A stretch of DNA of 64,000 nt from Cercozoa sp. M6MM (Eukaryota > Protista > Endomyxa: Ascetosporea): NCBI GenBank assembly GCA_040357565.1, contig JBDODJ010000027.1. One strand, written 5' to 3'. The notes under the pieces are model-generated. The model was not told the DNA's origin and did no database searches. It saw only the letters and a program-made list of their open reading frames with translations. This document shows positions 49,392 to 63,390 of the stretch, one piece after another (the first letter of the stretch is position 1; every line of letters begins with the position of its first letter). The position numbers were made by a program, and so were the translations under genes.

Positions 49392-52300
49392 TCAAGGGCA
49401 CACACCTGTCGAACAGGAGCAGGAGCTGTCAGGTCGTCATCGCATGGGTCCCGGACGCCTGCACAATCGAGTAATCATTCACGCACTCGTTCTGTCACAA
49501 GAATATGACAGGTGTGCTACGAGAGAAGACGTTGTCCTTCTTGCCACGGTTCACCTTGTCCCAACTGAAACGCGGGGAGGGGATTCCGACAGCAAAGCAA
49601 AAACAGTAAGAACGAAGACAGAGCAGTACACAATGAACGACGTACGTTGCTTTCGCATCGGCTTAGACGGCGAGTACGGCGTAGCCTTCACAGAGAGGAG
49701 TAAAAGCAGGGGGTAACCAAACTGTCGTACCTGAGCCTCGTGGTGTTCGTCGCTGTTATCAACTTTCTGCGCCTCGACCAATTCATCTGACCGAAACGAG
49801 GACATTGGGGGTAAAACTATAGAGGTCCACACCAATGTACCGTGCGAAGGAGGTTCAAAAATCGTCGTATTCAATCCTTTCTCGCCGTGCCTCTCTAACG
49901 ACAGATTGAATTATGGATGGGGTAAGGAGGGGGGGGGGTGGTAAACTGGGTATACTCGTAGCTGCGCTCTCTTGTTGCTGCTGCTGCTGCTCGCCCTCCT
50001 TGCTGTCCTCGTCCTGCTCGATCGTCTCCGAAATGGCTGCCAATTCGGCCACACGTTCTGGTGCGATGCCTGTACGGGGGGAGGGGGTAAAGGGAGGTGT
50101 AAAGGTAGAAGATCAAGAGTACCCATGTCGAGAGCGATACGAGTGTAGCGACGCACACGCACGAAATTCTTCACATCTGATAGCAGCGACGTGCGGTCCC
50201 TGTATACAAAGATTCTTAGCTTTTACCCTCCCCGGAAGTCAAGATGTAGTGTATTGATACTGTCGGCCGACAACGACATTCGACGTTCGGTAGAGTTCGG
50301 TGGCACACTTGGCCAGGCGTTGCAGATCGTCCTGTGTTGCCACCAGTCAGTCCAGTCAAAGTAAAATTCTTTTCCCGTCTCTCTCGAATGAAAACCAACC
50401 TCGACAGTGCAGGCCTTCCTGACTGATCTGGCCGCCGCCATCAGTCTGCTCATGAGACGTCGGGTTAATGGGCAGGGGGTTGGGTAGGGGGTGAACAGCT
50501 ACCGTTCGGCAAGCTGATCCGTGCTGAGTTTCGTCACGCCGCGTTTCGCAATCAGTTTCGACAACTCGCGAATCAGCTGCAGGTCCGGTGTACGGCCTGT
50601 CCACATATATATATATATAGTACAAATATACTGCTGCATCAATGTACAAACTGGATGTACAATGAACCAATACGTGCAAAGGTACCTTCGAGGAGTCGCA
50701 GGAAAGCACTCAGTTTGAAAAAGAAAACAGCGTCGCTCTCGGCGCGCTGCTGGATGCGCTGCATCTTGCTCTGCTCCGAGCGACTGAAGCCTGCGCGTGC
50801 GGTACATGTGTACACGGGTGACAGTTGTATAGGTCCATTTGTACCTCGTGTGACCGAGTTGAGTTCTTGTACTTTAAGCACATTGACAAGGAGGTCCACA
50901 ACCTGTCCTCGACATAAAATTGGAGTTCGTGAGTGGGTAAGGTGCACAGACTACCTTCTTGACCAGTCTAAGGTCCTCACTGCGTCCTACACGTGCAGCA
51001 CACATGTGCAGCCCAGATGTGCAGTCCAGACGTACAGTTCAAATGAACAGCGGCGAAGAAACGCAAGGTACCGTCGTGGAAGTGAACCCCGCACGCGAGC
51101 ACCTGTCGAATCGGACTCGTCGATGGCACGTCCAGTGGCGGTCCCTATCCGCGCGGATCATCAGCAAAATCAACACCGAGGGGGAGAAATCACCGGCTGA
51201 CCGCGGTGCCTGGCCGGGCGGAACAGCACGAGTTCCTCGATCACGAGCAACAGCTCGTGAAAGGCGTTCCACACCGACGCACTCGTGCTATCGCGCAGCT
51301 CCAAAAAACTGCTCGTGACGCGATTCACGATCGAAAACAGCATCTACACAGATGGACGTACGGATATACCGAGACACATATCTATAACAGATAAAGGTAC
51401 AGATAAACATATCTATATATATAAACGGAGATACAGATAAACATAGATATACAGATAAACATAGATATACAGATAAACATAGATATACAGATAAACNNNN
51501 NNNNNNTACAGATAAACATAGATATACAGATAAACATAGATATACAGATAAACGTAGATATACAGATAAACATATAGATAAATATCTATACAGATATACA
51601 TATACAGATAATACAGATAGACATAGACACAGATGAACATATGCAGATGAATATGTACAGAAAAACGTTATACAAGAGGATATACCAGACGAGCGACGCG
51701 CATGGAGGCCACGTTCCATGACCAGAAGAACTCGATGGCCGACAACGTGCGCAGCAGCAGGAAGCGCATCGGCCCCAGTTGTGCCGCGCCCTTAAATGCC
51801 GCTTTAATCTCTTTCTGTGCCAACCAATACGGTTGGTTTAGTCAAAGGAGAGATACACCACAATGTACCTGCAGGGGTTTGTTGAGCATGACGGCAAAGT
51901 GCGATTCCACAAACAGCGTCATCAGCAGTCCAAACAGGCGGAACTCATCGTCCTCTGTTCCTTACACATACACACATACAAGAGAAACGGACACAGTAGA
52001 AAAAATAGAAACCGTCCGGGTCGGGCTGCACCCACACATTGCGACGCAAAAGACCCTACAGAAGGAAAGCACGCAGGGGTGAGTGCGCGCGCGCGTGTGT
52101 GTGTGTGTGCAAAGCGTGGTGGCACCAACAAGTAGGGCTGAAAGTTCTTCTCCAGCACGAGTGCACGAATGATGTGCTTGCCCTGTCCCATGGCGATGGG
52201 CACCACGAGGTACTGCTCGATCACGTAGATCCAGTGCGCGCGCGGCAGTAGCTCCATCACTTGGAAGAAGAGCTTGACGTCGGGCCGCTCGCTGCGCGCC

Positions 52301-52777
52301 AGCTCGAGCTCGTTGAAAAACTGCTCGTCATCCGGCGACAGCGGTGATCGCTTCACTGCCAGCAGTCAACAACAAACAAATGAATGCAAGCGACCAACAC
52401 AACAGATGAATGCAACGGATGAATACAACAGACGAATACAACAAATGAATACAACAGAAGATTAAGACGTATATAACAGATGAATACAGAAACAATCACA
52501 AGAAGAAACGCACATTTGCCACGCTGCCGCTTTCGACGCAATTCGGCACGAGCCTGGAGTTCGGAGTCGTCGTTCTTGCGGCGCAGCATCGGAACCGAGC
52601 CATCCTCCTGAACCTCACAAACATCACTTCGTGTTCCCCGCGTGAAAGAAGAACAGAAAGTACCCCAACAGCACTGCGCACGTTGGCACGAGTGCGTAGC
52701 TCACGATTGGACTCGAGAGTCGCCGCGCGGCTCCTCAGCGACTGCGATTCCGACACCGAGTCGCTCCCAGTAGACAT
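49042..52777 (-). CDS. hypothetical helical protein (multi-exon)
   Basis: Chain of GC-rich coding-like exons with GT-AG boundaries (e.g. LFFQVMELLPRAHWIYVIEQYLVVP, VWNAFHELLLVIEELVLF). No family recognised. Confidence 0.5.
51385..51660. repeat. intronic 18-bp minisatellite (atacagataaacatagat)n containing an assembly gap
   Basis: Tandem copies are visible directly, with an N run at 51497-51506. Confidence 0.9.
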
Positions 52778-53083
52778 TTTCTGCAGCCACCGGGAAAGGG
52801 GACACCCGCACGTACAGGCACCTCAGTAAATCAGTTGATGCAAATGGTGACGCACACAAGCTCGTGCCTGTTGCTTACGCGAGAAACTCGTAGCGATAGG
52901 AACTTGATCAAAGACTCAGGCAGAAAAAAAAGGAATCTTTCTTGAGCTTTTGGTTAATTAGACAGGCTCCGCGCGTGGTTCTGGTAAGTTTATGGGGGGT
53001 TAGTCTGTGTCAGAACATGTTTTATCTTCCATTTGCCACGGCAGAATTTTACGCGATCGGCGCACTGGTGGTGGTGTCAAAGC

Positions 53084-54689
53084 ATGCCGCGTCTGTGTGA
53101 ATATTGTCACGAGGCGCGCGCCCAAGTGCGACGTCCGCGAAATGGCGACAAAGTGTGCAAGGAGTGCTTCCTGCGTCGGTTTGAAGACGAGATTCATGAG
53201 GTGCGTTTCGCCTTTGTTTCAGCTGGGCAACACTGGTATCTTTTTGTCTTTCAAGGTGATTGTGGGCAATGAATTGCTCAAGCGCGGAGAACGCGTTGCT
53301 TTGGGCGCATCTGGTGGTACACCGGGGATTGTTTGAAGGTGTGTCTGGTGGTTTGATAGACCTCTATGTGCGCAGGCAAAGACAGCACTGTACTGGCGCA
53401 CGTGCTGACTACGCTGAACGAGCGGCACGACTACGGCGTCGAGTTGCTCTTGCTCTCAATTGACGAGGGCATTCGCGGCTACCGCGACGATTCTTTGGCC
53501 ACGGTTGCTCGCAACCAAGTGCGTTGTGTCTCTCCTCTCTCGTTCGTGCTGTTGTTCTATGCGTTGCACAGGAGCAGTACCAGCTGCCTCTGCACGTGCT
53601 GAGTTACAAGGACCTCTATGGCGTCACAATGGACGACATTGTCGCCCAAGCAGGCGTGCGAAGTAGCTGCACGTTTTGCGGTGTGCTAAGGCGACAGGTA
53701 GTGAATTTTTTAACACCTACGGACGTTCTGTGTCTCTATGTGGTTTACAGGCACTCGACAGGGGAGCAGTGCAAATTGGAGTGACCAAGCTGGCTACAGG
53801 TGCATGCTTCTGTCTTTGGATACGAGAAGTTTGTGTTTGTGTACCCTGCCTATATTTCTGATAGGCCACAACGCCGATGATGTGGCCGAGACGGTACTGA
53901 TGAATCTGCTTCGAGGTGATATCGCTCGCCTGGTCCGTTGCACCGACATTGTCACCGGCGCGGCCGCGCAAGACGGCGGTGATGACGTTGTACGCTGGCT
54001 TGCTTTGTCTGTTTTGTCTTCACTCTCTCTCTCACACACTCCTTTGCTCTTCGTTGTCGTAGTTCGCGTCAATTCCGCGCATCAAGCCGTTCAAATACGC
54101 CTACGAAAAGGAGATTGTCATGTACGCGTACTTCCTGAAACTGGACTACTTCAGCACCGAATGCACTTACGCGCCCGAGTCCTACAGAGGTACCTTTGCT
54201 GGTTTTTCTTGTGTTTTTCTGTTGCACTGTTTCATAGGATACCCGCGAATTCTCGTGAAGAACCTTGAAAGGTGACCTTGCTGGAAGAAGGCTGTCTCGG
54301 CTTGTTGAATATGAGCTTTTGTGCGTAGGCACAACAGCGCAGCCATCTTGGATGTTATCAGGAGTGCCGAACACATGCGACTGCCGTGCAAGGTGCGTGT
54401 CTTACTTGTTGAGACAGTACGCAAGCTTACCGTTCCTTCCTGGCTTACGTAGACAAAGCAGGAGCGGCCGCAGATGATGCGATGTGCCAAGTGTGGCTAC
54501 CTGACGTCACGACAGGTCTGCAAGGCGTGCATGCTGCTCGAGGGCATTCGGACAGGACAAACGCGCTCAGCGCTCACCAAGGGGGTGTCGGTTCCCACCA
54601 TTGAGTCAGCGGACAGTGCCAACAACACCGCCTCCTGCAGTAAGCCCGGCTGCTCCGGCTCGTCTGGCGATGACTGCACGAGTTGGTAG
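53084..54689 (+). CDS. CTU1: cytoplasmic tRNA 2-thiolation protein 1
   Basis: Cxx[85 protein letters not shown]-terminal CAKCGY..CKAC. Confidence 0.96.
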
Positions 54690-54799
54690 TTTCGCGATCG
54701 TCCGCGCCGGTTGGTTCGATTCGCGACATCGGTTGCTTATGGGCTTCTAGACACCGACCTAGACTCTTGTGTCGAAATAGACTGAACTAACTAACTTAG

Positions 54800-56396
54800 C
54801 TAGCTCAGCTGTGGCAATTTCATCTCACCCGCCTGGCCCGAGCGCTGCTTTTTCTGCGGTGGCTGTTGCAACTGGGCATACCACTCAGGCAACGTATCGT
54901 GCGTGTATCCATAGTCGACAAGAAGCTCTTCGTCTTTGTCGACAGCGCGTGTGGTTCGAATGCCTGGGCAGATACCCAGACAGGCAAAAGAGAAAAGGGC
55001 TGAACATACATTTGATGTCGCCAAAGCGCGGGTGGAAGCACAGGTCATAGGCCGCGTTCTGCCGGCGGGTGCAGTGATTGGCAAAGTGGCCCAGAGACGC
55101 GTTGTAAGCAGACGTTTGCGCCTGAAAGTTCCACCACACACGCTCGATCCATTCAGTACGAAGTACAAGTCAAACTTCTACCAAATGAGCAGGCACATCA
55201 ATGACAATCTCGTTATTCAGCGTGATTGTATTGCCGTTCAACGACCAATCTCGCTCGTCCACTACACACATAAGTAATTGCACAGGCAGGCATCACAATC
55301 GATCTGCAAACACCACACACCTTCCTGGTGAGTGAGTCGCACACCGTTGTAAAACGATGCTATCTCATTCGCTTCCAGCGGTCTCCTGCACGTCTCGGGT
55401 ATTGCAGGACAAACCTCGGCACACAAGACCGACAGTACTTGGCAAAAAGGCCGAAACCGGCGCCTGGGATTGTCGAAGGCGCCACGTAAACACGTTTTTG
55501 TTCGTACCTACAAACACACAAACCTGAAATAAACAAGAAAATCAAAGCGCAGTGCACATGTCAGGCAGCAGTGGATTTGAGCTGATGCGCGAATCGGTGG
55601 CCTCATCGAACGAGATACAGCCCTTCTCTTTTTCTTCCTTCTCTTTCCCTCCCTTCTTTTCTACAGCGAGTTCACACCGTAACACACCCACATAGACCCA
55701 CCCTCTCCAGGAACCGAGGTACCATTCTCTTCGATTCGCTCGTACAACTGTTCGACAAACGAAGCATTCTCAAAGTCGCCTTCCTCGTTCAGTATGCCTG
55801 TGTATGCAAGTTTAACAACGACACACCAACGAGTTCGGCGCTGTACCCACAAGTGTATCAACAACACGGCCATGCTTGTGCTGTTGTGGATACACGTAGG
55901 TGGCCGCACTGCCTGGAACTACATCACCACCGTCGAAGATGGCGTATATTTCACCACCGTCAGCCAGATAGATCGTTCCCTAATACACACACGTATCCAC
56001 AGTCGATGTCCCAGGCTACGTGTCGGTATTCAGCACCCTGCCATGCCGATCCGAGCCAGACATCCCGCCTTTGTATAACAAGACATCCTCGCCACTGTAT
56101 TCTTCAGCACTCGTGTCTTGGAGTTCATCGTCCTCAAACATCCCTGCGTAAACTTCAACAACATCGCCTTCCTCGTCATAGCACTCCAAGCGGCCCTTGC
56201 CTTGCCGAGTTCCCTGCAAGTCGTGGTCATCGCATCTTCGCCACGCGTGCAGTTATTTTTGGATTCTTACCTGAAAAAAATGTCCGCGGTACACTTGTGC
56301 GAGCATCCCGTCGACAGAGACACGTTGCACCCCTACTCCGTGCGGCAGCTCCTCCGTATTCAACTCACCTTCATATTCTGCAGATATCTCCGACAT
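54800..56396 (-). CDS. SETD7: SET7/9-like lysine methyltransferase (MORN repeats + SET)
   Basis: N-terminal MORN repeats. YEQKRVYVAPSTIPGAGFGLFAK, SFYNGVRLTHQE, VDERDWSLNGNTITL, YNASLGHFANH, HPRFGDIK, IRTTRAV..EELLVDYGY..PEWY, all colinear with human SETD7. Confidence 0.9.
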
Positions 56397-56635
56397 TTTC
56401 CCGTCGGCATACAATTCCTTCGACCTAATATAAACTAAGCCGAAAGTAGTGGGCCACGCCCGATCAACTCTAAATGCGCCAGTTCTACTGTACAGTAGAT
56501 GAGGTTTTGTTTTGTCTACTGGGCGCTCGCTTAATTGTAGTCAATTCGCGCACGAAAAGTGTCGAGAAGCGCTGTGAGACACTCAAGGAGTGTGGCAACT
56601 CATCTGCGCGGTGAACGATTAACCCTACTGGCACA

Positions 56636-57703
56636 ATGTCTGAGCACACAGCTCGTCGCTTGTGGCGCGTCCGGAGGACATGTTTTGAGGTAAAAAACAG
56701 AGATGTTGTGTGCTGTGATGTGTATGTGTGTATGTGTGTGTGTTTAATTAATATCGAGTGTCTTGGCACACAGATGCTGCGCGATCGCGGCTACAGCGTG
56801 GCGCCTGAGCAGTTGGATTGCGATCTGGAAACTTTCGTGGAGGTACCTTTCGGTGGTCGGGTTTTGTGTTTTGGTGGATCCATGTGAGCAGGAGTACGGC
56901 ACGAATCCCGATGCGAGTCGACTGACGATAGGTAGCTTTTTGAGCAATCAAAGTGGGAAACGGTTTAAATGAGACCTGTTTGATTGAATACAGTGAGCAA
57001 CAAGCTCGACGACGAAAACGACATGATTGCCGTGTTCTTCGACAGCAGCGAGAAGCTCAAGTGAGTCTTCAGAAAATTCTCCATCCACTGTGTTTGTGTG
57101 TGTGTGTTTGTGTGTGTGTGTTGCAGTCAGCATTCTCTGTTTCTACTTGAGTGTTCAGGATTCAGTCGATCAAGGGCTTTGTCGAGTCGATGAAGAGCAA
57201 GAAGATTCAGGCCGGTATCGTGGTGGTGCGCGAGGCCATCACGCCGGTTGCCAAGAAGGTCTTCACGGAACTGGAGGAGCAGCTGCATCTGGAGGCCTTC
57301 TTCGAGGTGCACACGCTTTTGTGTTTCTCGTCTTTTTTGTGGTTTTCGCACTTGTTTTTTTTTTGTAAATACAGCGAGAACTTGTGATCAACATCACGCA
57401 ACACGAGCTGGTGCCGCAACACGTGCTGTTGTCGCCGTCCGAGAAGGAGACGCTGCTGCAGAAGTACCACTTGAAGGACACGCAGCTCCCGCGTATCCAG
57501 AAGTTGGACCCGGTGGCGCGCTACTTTGGCGCCAAGCGCGGTCAGGTACTCCGTCTCATCTGCCCAACCTGCCTCTTTCCTTCATGTGCCCTTCTCAATG
57601 ACCTTCGAGACTGCACTCATATTCGCAATGCATACAGGTCTTCAAAATCGTGCGGCCTTCGGAAACGGCCGGTCGCTACGTCACCTACCGACTCGTCGTT
57701 TAA
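56636..57703 (+). CDS. RPB5: RNA polymerases I/II/III shared subunit RPB5
   Basis: [71 protein letters not shown]. Confidence 0.97.
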
Positions 57704-57986
57704 CTGCGATTCAGGGAAAGACATCCGGCGCGATCAATGGGTGTGTGTTTGTCGGGGCTGAAGAGTCTTCATTCAGCGCACCAGTTTCGGCTTAACGCTT
57801 CTAGAGTTACCTGTTCCGTTCGGTTCGTTTAGTTAAGCGAAGGTTGTTTGCTTCAAGCTCAGTTGCGTTAAGTGCAGTTCGTTGTTGTTCCAGGAGGTTT
57901 CAGTTTTTGTGAAGCGTTTTTCGTCCCGTCTCTTGAACTTGCGCGATTAGACTGCCCGTAGGCAGTGAATAAGTGTGCAGCCATTC

Positions 57987-59084
57987 ATGTGCCGCTTCTG
58001 CATCTATTTTGCGCCCTCTAGGCCAATAGCTTTGGCCGAATTAATCACACGTATTGTGGTTCAACTGAGAGTAATCACACGTATTTGAACGATGTGTATG
58101 ATAGGACCGTCGCATTCTATCATTCGGCAGTCCTACCAATGTGAAGAACGCCTGACCTCGCATGGCATGCCAGCGTCGCTTAACGCAGATGGCTTTGGAA
58201 TTGGTATCAAATGCGAGACTAAGGAACCTACACACTGTCTACTATTCTGGCCCAGGCTGGTACGTGGAAGAGAAAAAAGCAGCCGAAACAATTGATACGG
58301 TGTCAGTGAACGCCGCTGAAACCACGCGACTGGCCATCATGGTGCCGTTGGTGTACTTGTTGTGCAGGTGCAGCTGTATTGACCCGACCGAATGAATACA
58401 GGAACCAGAGGTGTTTGCGAAAGCCGTTCGAAAACAAGACGAACAATCCGCACGGACGCCCTGTGTGTTCACGTCGACCGTACCTATGCTTTATCACAGC
58501 TCCACCTTTGCTTTGATGGGTGTACTGTACCAGTTGCCAGCTTGGAACAACCGCAACCTCTTTCGCTTGGCAGAGAAGGTAGTCAGGTGTGTCTGTTTTG
58601 TCTATTCACCGTCTCAGTCATTGTATAGCATTGTCTTGTATCTGCAAAGTCCGTTGTTTTTCGCGCACGTTCGCGCAGCTTCGTCGACAGCTTCAATCAC
58701 GGGTACCTGTACACCCTTGTTTAGTTTACTTCATGCTGTATCGTTTCTACCGGCAGAAAGCAACTGCCATCCGTTCAATTTTGGCGCCTATCTTTTCCAG
58801 CACAATGGCATGGGTACTTTCGCTTCTAAAGTAAACGGGCAGCGCTCTTGCCAACAAGTTCATTTGGAACAGTTTGCAACTTTGCGCGAATGAAGCGTCA
58901 GATCCTGGCGGTTCTGCCCGACCAGGTACACTTTGTACTTAGCACTAGACACGCGGAAATGCAGAACAGTATGCTGTGCTGGTAGGTGTTTGACTCATTG
59001 AGTGGAACGACCGATTCCGAGCACGCGTTTGCTTTGTTCTTGGCGCAACTCAAAGACTGGTATCTTATGTGTGCATGTGTGTGT

Positions 59085-59181
<97 letters not shown>

Positions 59182-60070
59182 TGTGTGTTGGAAGACTATG
59201 CGCATGTTTGGAACAACAGCACGGGTCTGACGGAAGGTGGTCGACTGACGCCGTTGCAGTTGTTTGCAGCGGTAGTTTTTCTCTGAACGCGTGTTTCGTT
59301 TGTCCCAAATGTGCTGCTGTGGTGACACAGGTGCGACGAGTCGTACGATACCTGCAAAAACTGCACCGGTCACTCTCGCCGGAACCATCTGGTTCCTTGC
59401 TCAATTTTGCTGTCAGTGACGGTACATTCTGTCCTGCACAAGAAATGACGTGTGTAAACATAAATAAGGAAGGCATATCATGTGCAGGCCGCTCGCTGGT
59501 GGTCACACGATTTGCAGACACTCCGGATGACAAAGTAGTGTCTCCACCAGTTAATTGTAGTACTGTATAGTTTTGCAACTGTTAACAGGCCCAAGCTGCC
59601 AGCATGTACTTTTCGGTCGGCGCAGCTTTCGAACGAGACCGGTGCAGCTTCATTGTTAGCTCTTGCGGTCCGTCTCTTTGCACAGTACCCCCCCCCCCCC
59701 TGGCGGAACAAGCAACACACCGAGTACCGCATGACACAGGTAAAGTAGTCGCCCCTCTTTTTCCCTCTGTTCTGTCGAGTGTCGTTCAATTAGGACGCAC
59801 GTGTCGAGGACGTCTGCATCGTGAGTAGCGAGCGACTCACCGGGGCACCGAACGACTGGACCGAGGTTCCAACCAACCACGCGATCGTGGTGACTGGCAA
59901 ACACGAGGGCACCATCGGTATTACCACCGAGTTGCTTTATGATTTGTTCGTATTGATACATTATGACTAACGCAGACTGGCTGTTGATGCCGCTGCCGTA
60001 CGATGGGACTGAGGACGCTGACTTGTCGCATGTTGGCATGTCGCCTCTCACCGAGCCGCGGATATTCTGA
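57987..60070 (+). CDS. DUG3: class II (Ntn) glutamine amidotransferase, DUG3/EgtC-like
   Basis: MCRF (catalytic Cys2), PSHSIIRQS, NADGFGIGWY, PAWNNRNL, FAHVRAA, NCHPF..LFQHNG, GTTDSEHAFALF, LLNFAVSDG, SERLT. Confidence 0.9.
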
Positions 60071-60307
60071 GTCAGTTTTCGTTCCGTTCGTTGTCAGCCG
60101 ACGATTCTGCATTCAGTTTTCCGTTTCAGTCGCTTTTGGCGATCACAACGGACTGCGAAGTCGGTGCGGAGTTGCTCAGCTGTGTTGATCACTCCAGACA
60201 GCAGTAATAAATTAATTAATTATAATTATATAATCAAGCCAATAGTCAGCCTGTGCAGGTTTCGTGCTGTGCAGCGTTGTGGGCACGTACCTAACTTGAC
60301 ATTGAGG

Positions 60308-61264
60308 ATGCTGAGCGATCGTATGGTGTTTGCCGAGTTGCTGGCGCACAAGCAGGTCATTGTACGTTGTTGTGCCCGTGTTTTGTAACTTCCAGTCATG
60401 CGTTTTGTGCACACGATAGGACAAGACGCACCTGCGCGAGCTGTTCCAGGCAGATGCAGAGCGTGCAAAGCGTTTTTCGACGGAGCAGGTGGGTTTCTTT
60501 GTGGACTACGCTCGTCAGCGGGTGACGGCAGAGACCGTGACACTGTTGAAGCGTCTGGCCGAGGAGTCGTCGCTCAAAGAGAAGGTGCGCGGAATGTTCT
60601 GCGGCGATGTCGTCAATAACACCGAGAAACGCATGGTGCGTCATGTGGCGCTGCGCGCGCAGAAGAACGACCCCGAGTTTGATGAGGTACCTGTCACGCT
60701 CAATGGGGGGGGGGGTACTCTTGCCTTTGTTCACTCACTTGTTTGTCGAAATGTAGGACACGCTCAGCAAAGTGCACAACGTGCTAGCCAAGATTAAAAC
60801 CTACACGCAGCGCATTCGTGACACGCGTATTTACTCTTTGCTTGATGTAGCTGTCAGTGTAGATGTGTGTACCTCTTACAGAAATCACGGATGTCGTGGT
60901 GGTTGGCATCGGCGGCTCCTACCTCGGCACAGAGTTCTTGTACGAGACACTGCGCATGCATCCCGAGTGTCGACAAAGCGCACAGGGTCGTCGCTTGCAC
61001 TTTGTGGCCAATGTGGATCCCTACAGGTGCGTTTCCTTCTGCTTACTTCCTTTTTCTGGTTTTTCTGGTCCCTTTCTGACTGTATCGAACGCGCATTTGG
61101 TCAGTGCCACCAAGGTGATGCAGACGCTCGACGCAACCAGCACATTGGTGATCGTGGTGTCCAAGACTTTCACGACGGCAGAGACCATGCTGAATGCGCG
61201 TACTCTACGTCGCTGGCTGCTGCAGTCGCTGGGCGAGGGTTACGTAAGATATCTTTACCCCCCC

Positions 61265-61326
<62 letters not shown>

Positions 61327-62958
61327 TCACCCATTTTCACGTGACATAGGGCAAGCACATGGCGGCAGTGTCGGCTGCACCTGAGAAGGTCACTCAGTTC
61401 GGTACCATTGACACTCACCTGCACTTGGGTCTTTTGTCTGAGTACTCGGTATGTATGTTGTGAAGGTATCGATGCCAACGAGGCCATGTTCGAGTTCTGG
61501 GACTGGGTTGGCGGCCGCTTCTCCGTCACCTCTGCTGTACATTCAGCCTCTATCTACCCTACCCTACCCCCTTTTACCTCTATCCTGTCATGTCAGGTTG
61601 GCATGCTGCCTCTGTCTCTCGTGTTCGGCTTCGATATTGCTCGCGAGATTCTCGCCGGTGCACGTGACATGGACCGGTGCTGTTCACATTTTTACCAAGT
61701 AGGGAAAGCGAGGTGTTACCTTTTCTCCCTTGTGTAGACACTTTGTAGAGACCGAGAACCCTCTGGAGAATCTGCCGGTGCTGCTAGCACTGCTGGCAGT
61801 GTGGAACACTCAATGCATGGGCTACACGGCACGTGCCACGCTGCCCTATGCGCAGGTATTAACCTCACCTCTTGATGCTTTCTCGTATTCTTTTAGCCCC
61901 TCCCTTCAGGCACTGCACCGCTTGGTGGCGCACGCGCAGCAAGTCGCCATGGAGAGCAACGGCAAGCGAGTCACTCGCGACGGTTGCTTTCTTTCTTCCT
62001 CACATTGTTGTACACACATTGTTGTACACATTCTTGAACACACATTCTTGTCCGCGTATTGTTGTGTGTGCCCTTACGTTTACTCGGTAGGCAAAGTGAT
62101 CGAGCACACGACGGGCGAGATTGAATTCGGTGAGCCCGGTACCAATGGACAGCACTCGTTCTACCAGCTGCTGCACCAAGGTGAGCTGTCTTCTCGCATG
62201 CGCCAATGCCGTGGTCCCATGGGTCATTTCTGATTGTGTAGGCCAAGTGATTCCGGCCGACTTTTTCGGCGTTGCCAAGTCGCAGTGTCCGCTGGACTAC
62301 ACGCAAGAGGGTGCCGCACGGATTGACTATCTGTTTTGCTAGTGTGCAGCTGTTGCAGTCGATGCATGTACTGCAGGTGAGAGCGTCTCCAACCACGACG
62401 AGCTCATGAGCAACTTCTTCGCGCAACCTGACGCACTCGCGTTTGGCCGCACTGCCGACGAGGTCGATGACGCGCCTGGTACTATGCCCCACCTGTGCTG
62501 TATGACGCACGACAAGTGCTCCATTTGTATAGAGCTGGTGCCGCACAAGGTATTCCCCGGCAACCGTCCTTCGACGTATGTTTCTTCTGTCTTAAAGCAA
62601 CGCAGCTGCAAGAAATGCGTGTTTCTGAGAGCAGGAGCATCCTGATGGCCGAGCTGGACGCGCGCACTGCCGGCAAGCTGCTTGCGCTGCTCGAGCATCG
62701 CACGGCGGCTCAGGGCTTCCTGCTTGGCGTGAATTCCTTTGACCAGTTCGGTGTCGAGCTGGGCAAGGTGCTCGGCAAGTCGGTGCGCAACACGCTCGCC
62801 GTGGCCCGTGCGCAGGTAGTCCCTTTTTACATGAAGATCTGTCAGACACGTTGCTTATTTTCGCCTTTGCTTGATTTTAGGACGAATCTGCTGACCTGGC
62901 GAGCTACAACCCGTCAACGCAGCGATTGCTGACGCGCTATCTGGAGCTCTCGCAGTGA
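60308..62958 (+). CDS. GPI: glucose-6-phosphate isomerase
   Basis: [88 protein letters not shown]. Confidence 0.97.
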
Positions 62959-63390
62959 GTGAGCACCGACAGTACACAGGACTTACAGTACTTACAGTAC
63001 TGTACACTGACTGGATGAGTTTTTGATCCTAAAAAACGCACGAGTTGGTTTCTGGAAACGTTCTTGACGGTTTACAACTATCCAATCGACAAAACGATCA
63101 AACGCGAGCACTGCAGCCCATGCACGCACCTAGCTGACCCTTGGAGTGAAAATCACAGTACACCGCTCTGTATGTGCTGGGTATTGTTGCACACTGAGTT
63201 GCAAAAACCGAGCCCTCCATTGGGGACTGATTCAACGGCACACTCGGAGATCAACGGGGGCTCAAAACGGAAAATGATTGCATTCCACTGAGTGAGTGGA
63301 CTCGCTGTATGCACCGACGGCCGAACGGCGCCCTTTGCGAGCTACCGAAACACGTGTGCTGTCTAGTTCAGACCGAAACACGTGCGAGGC

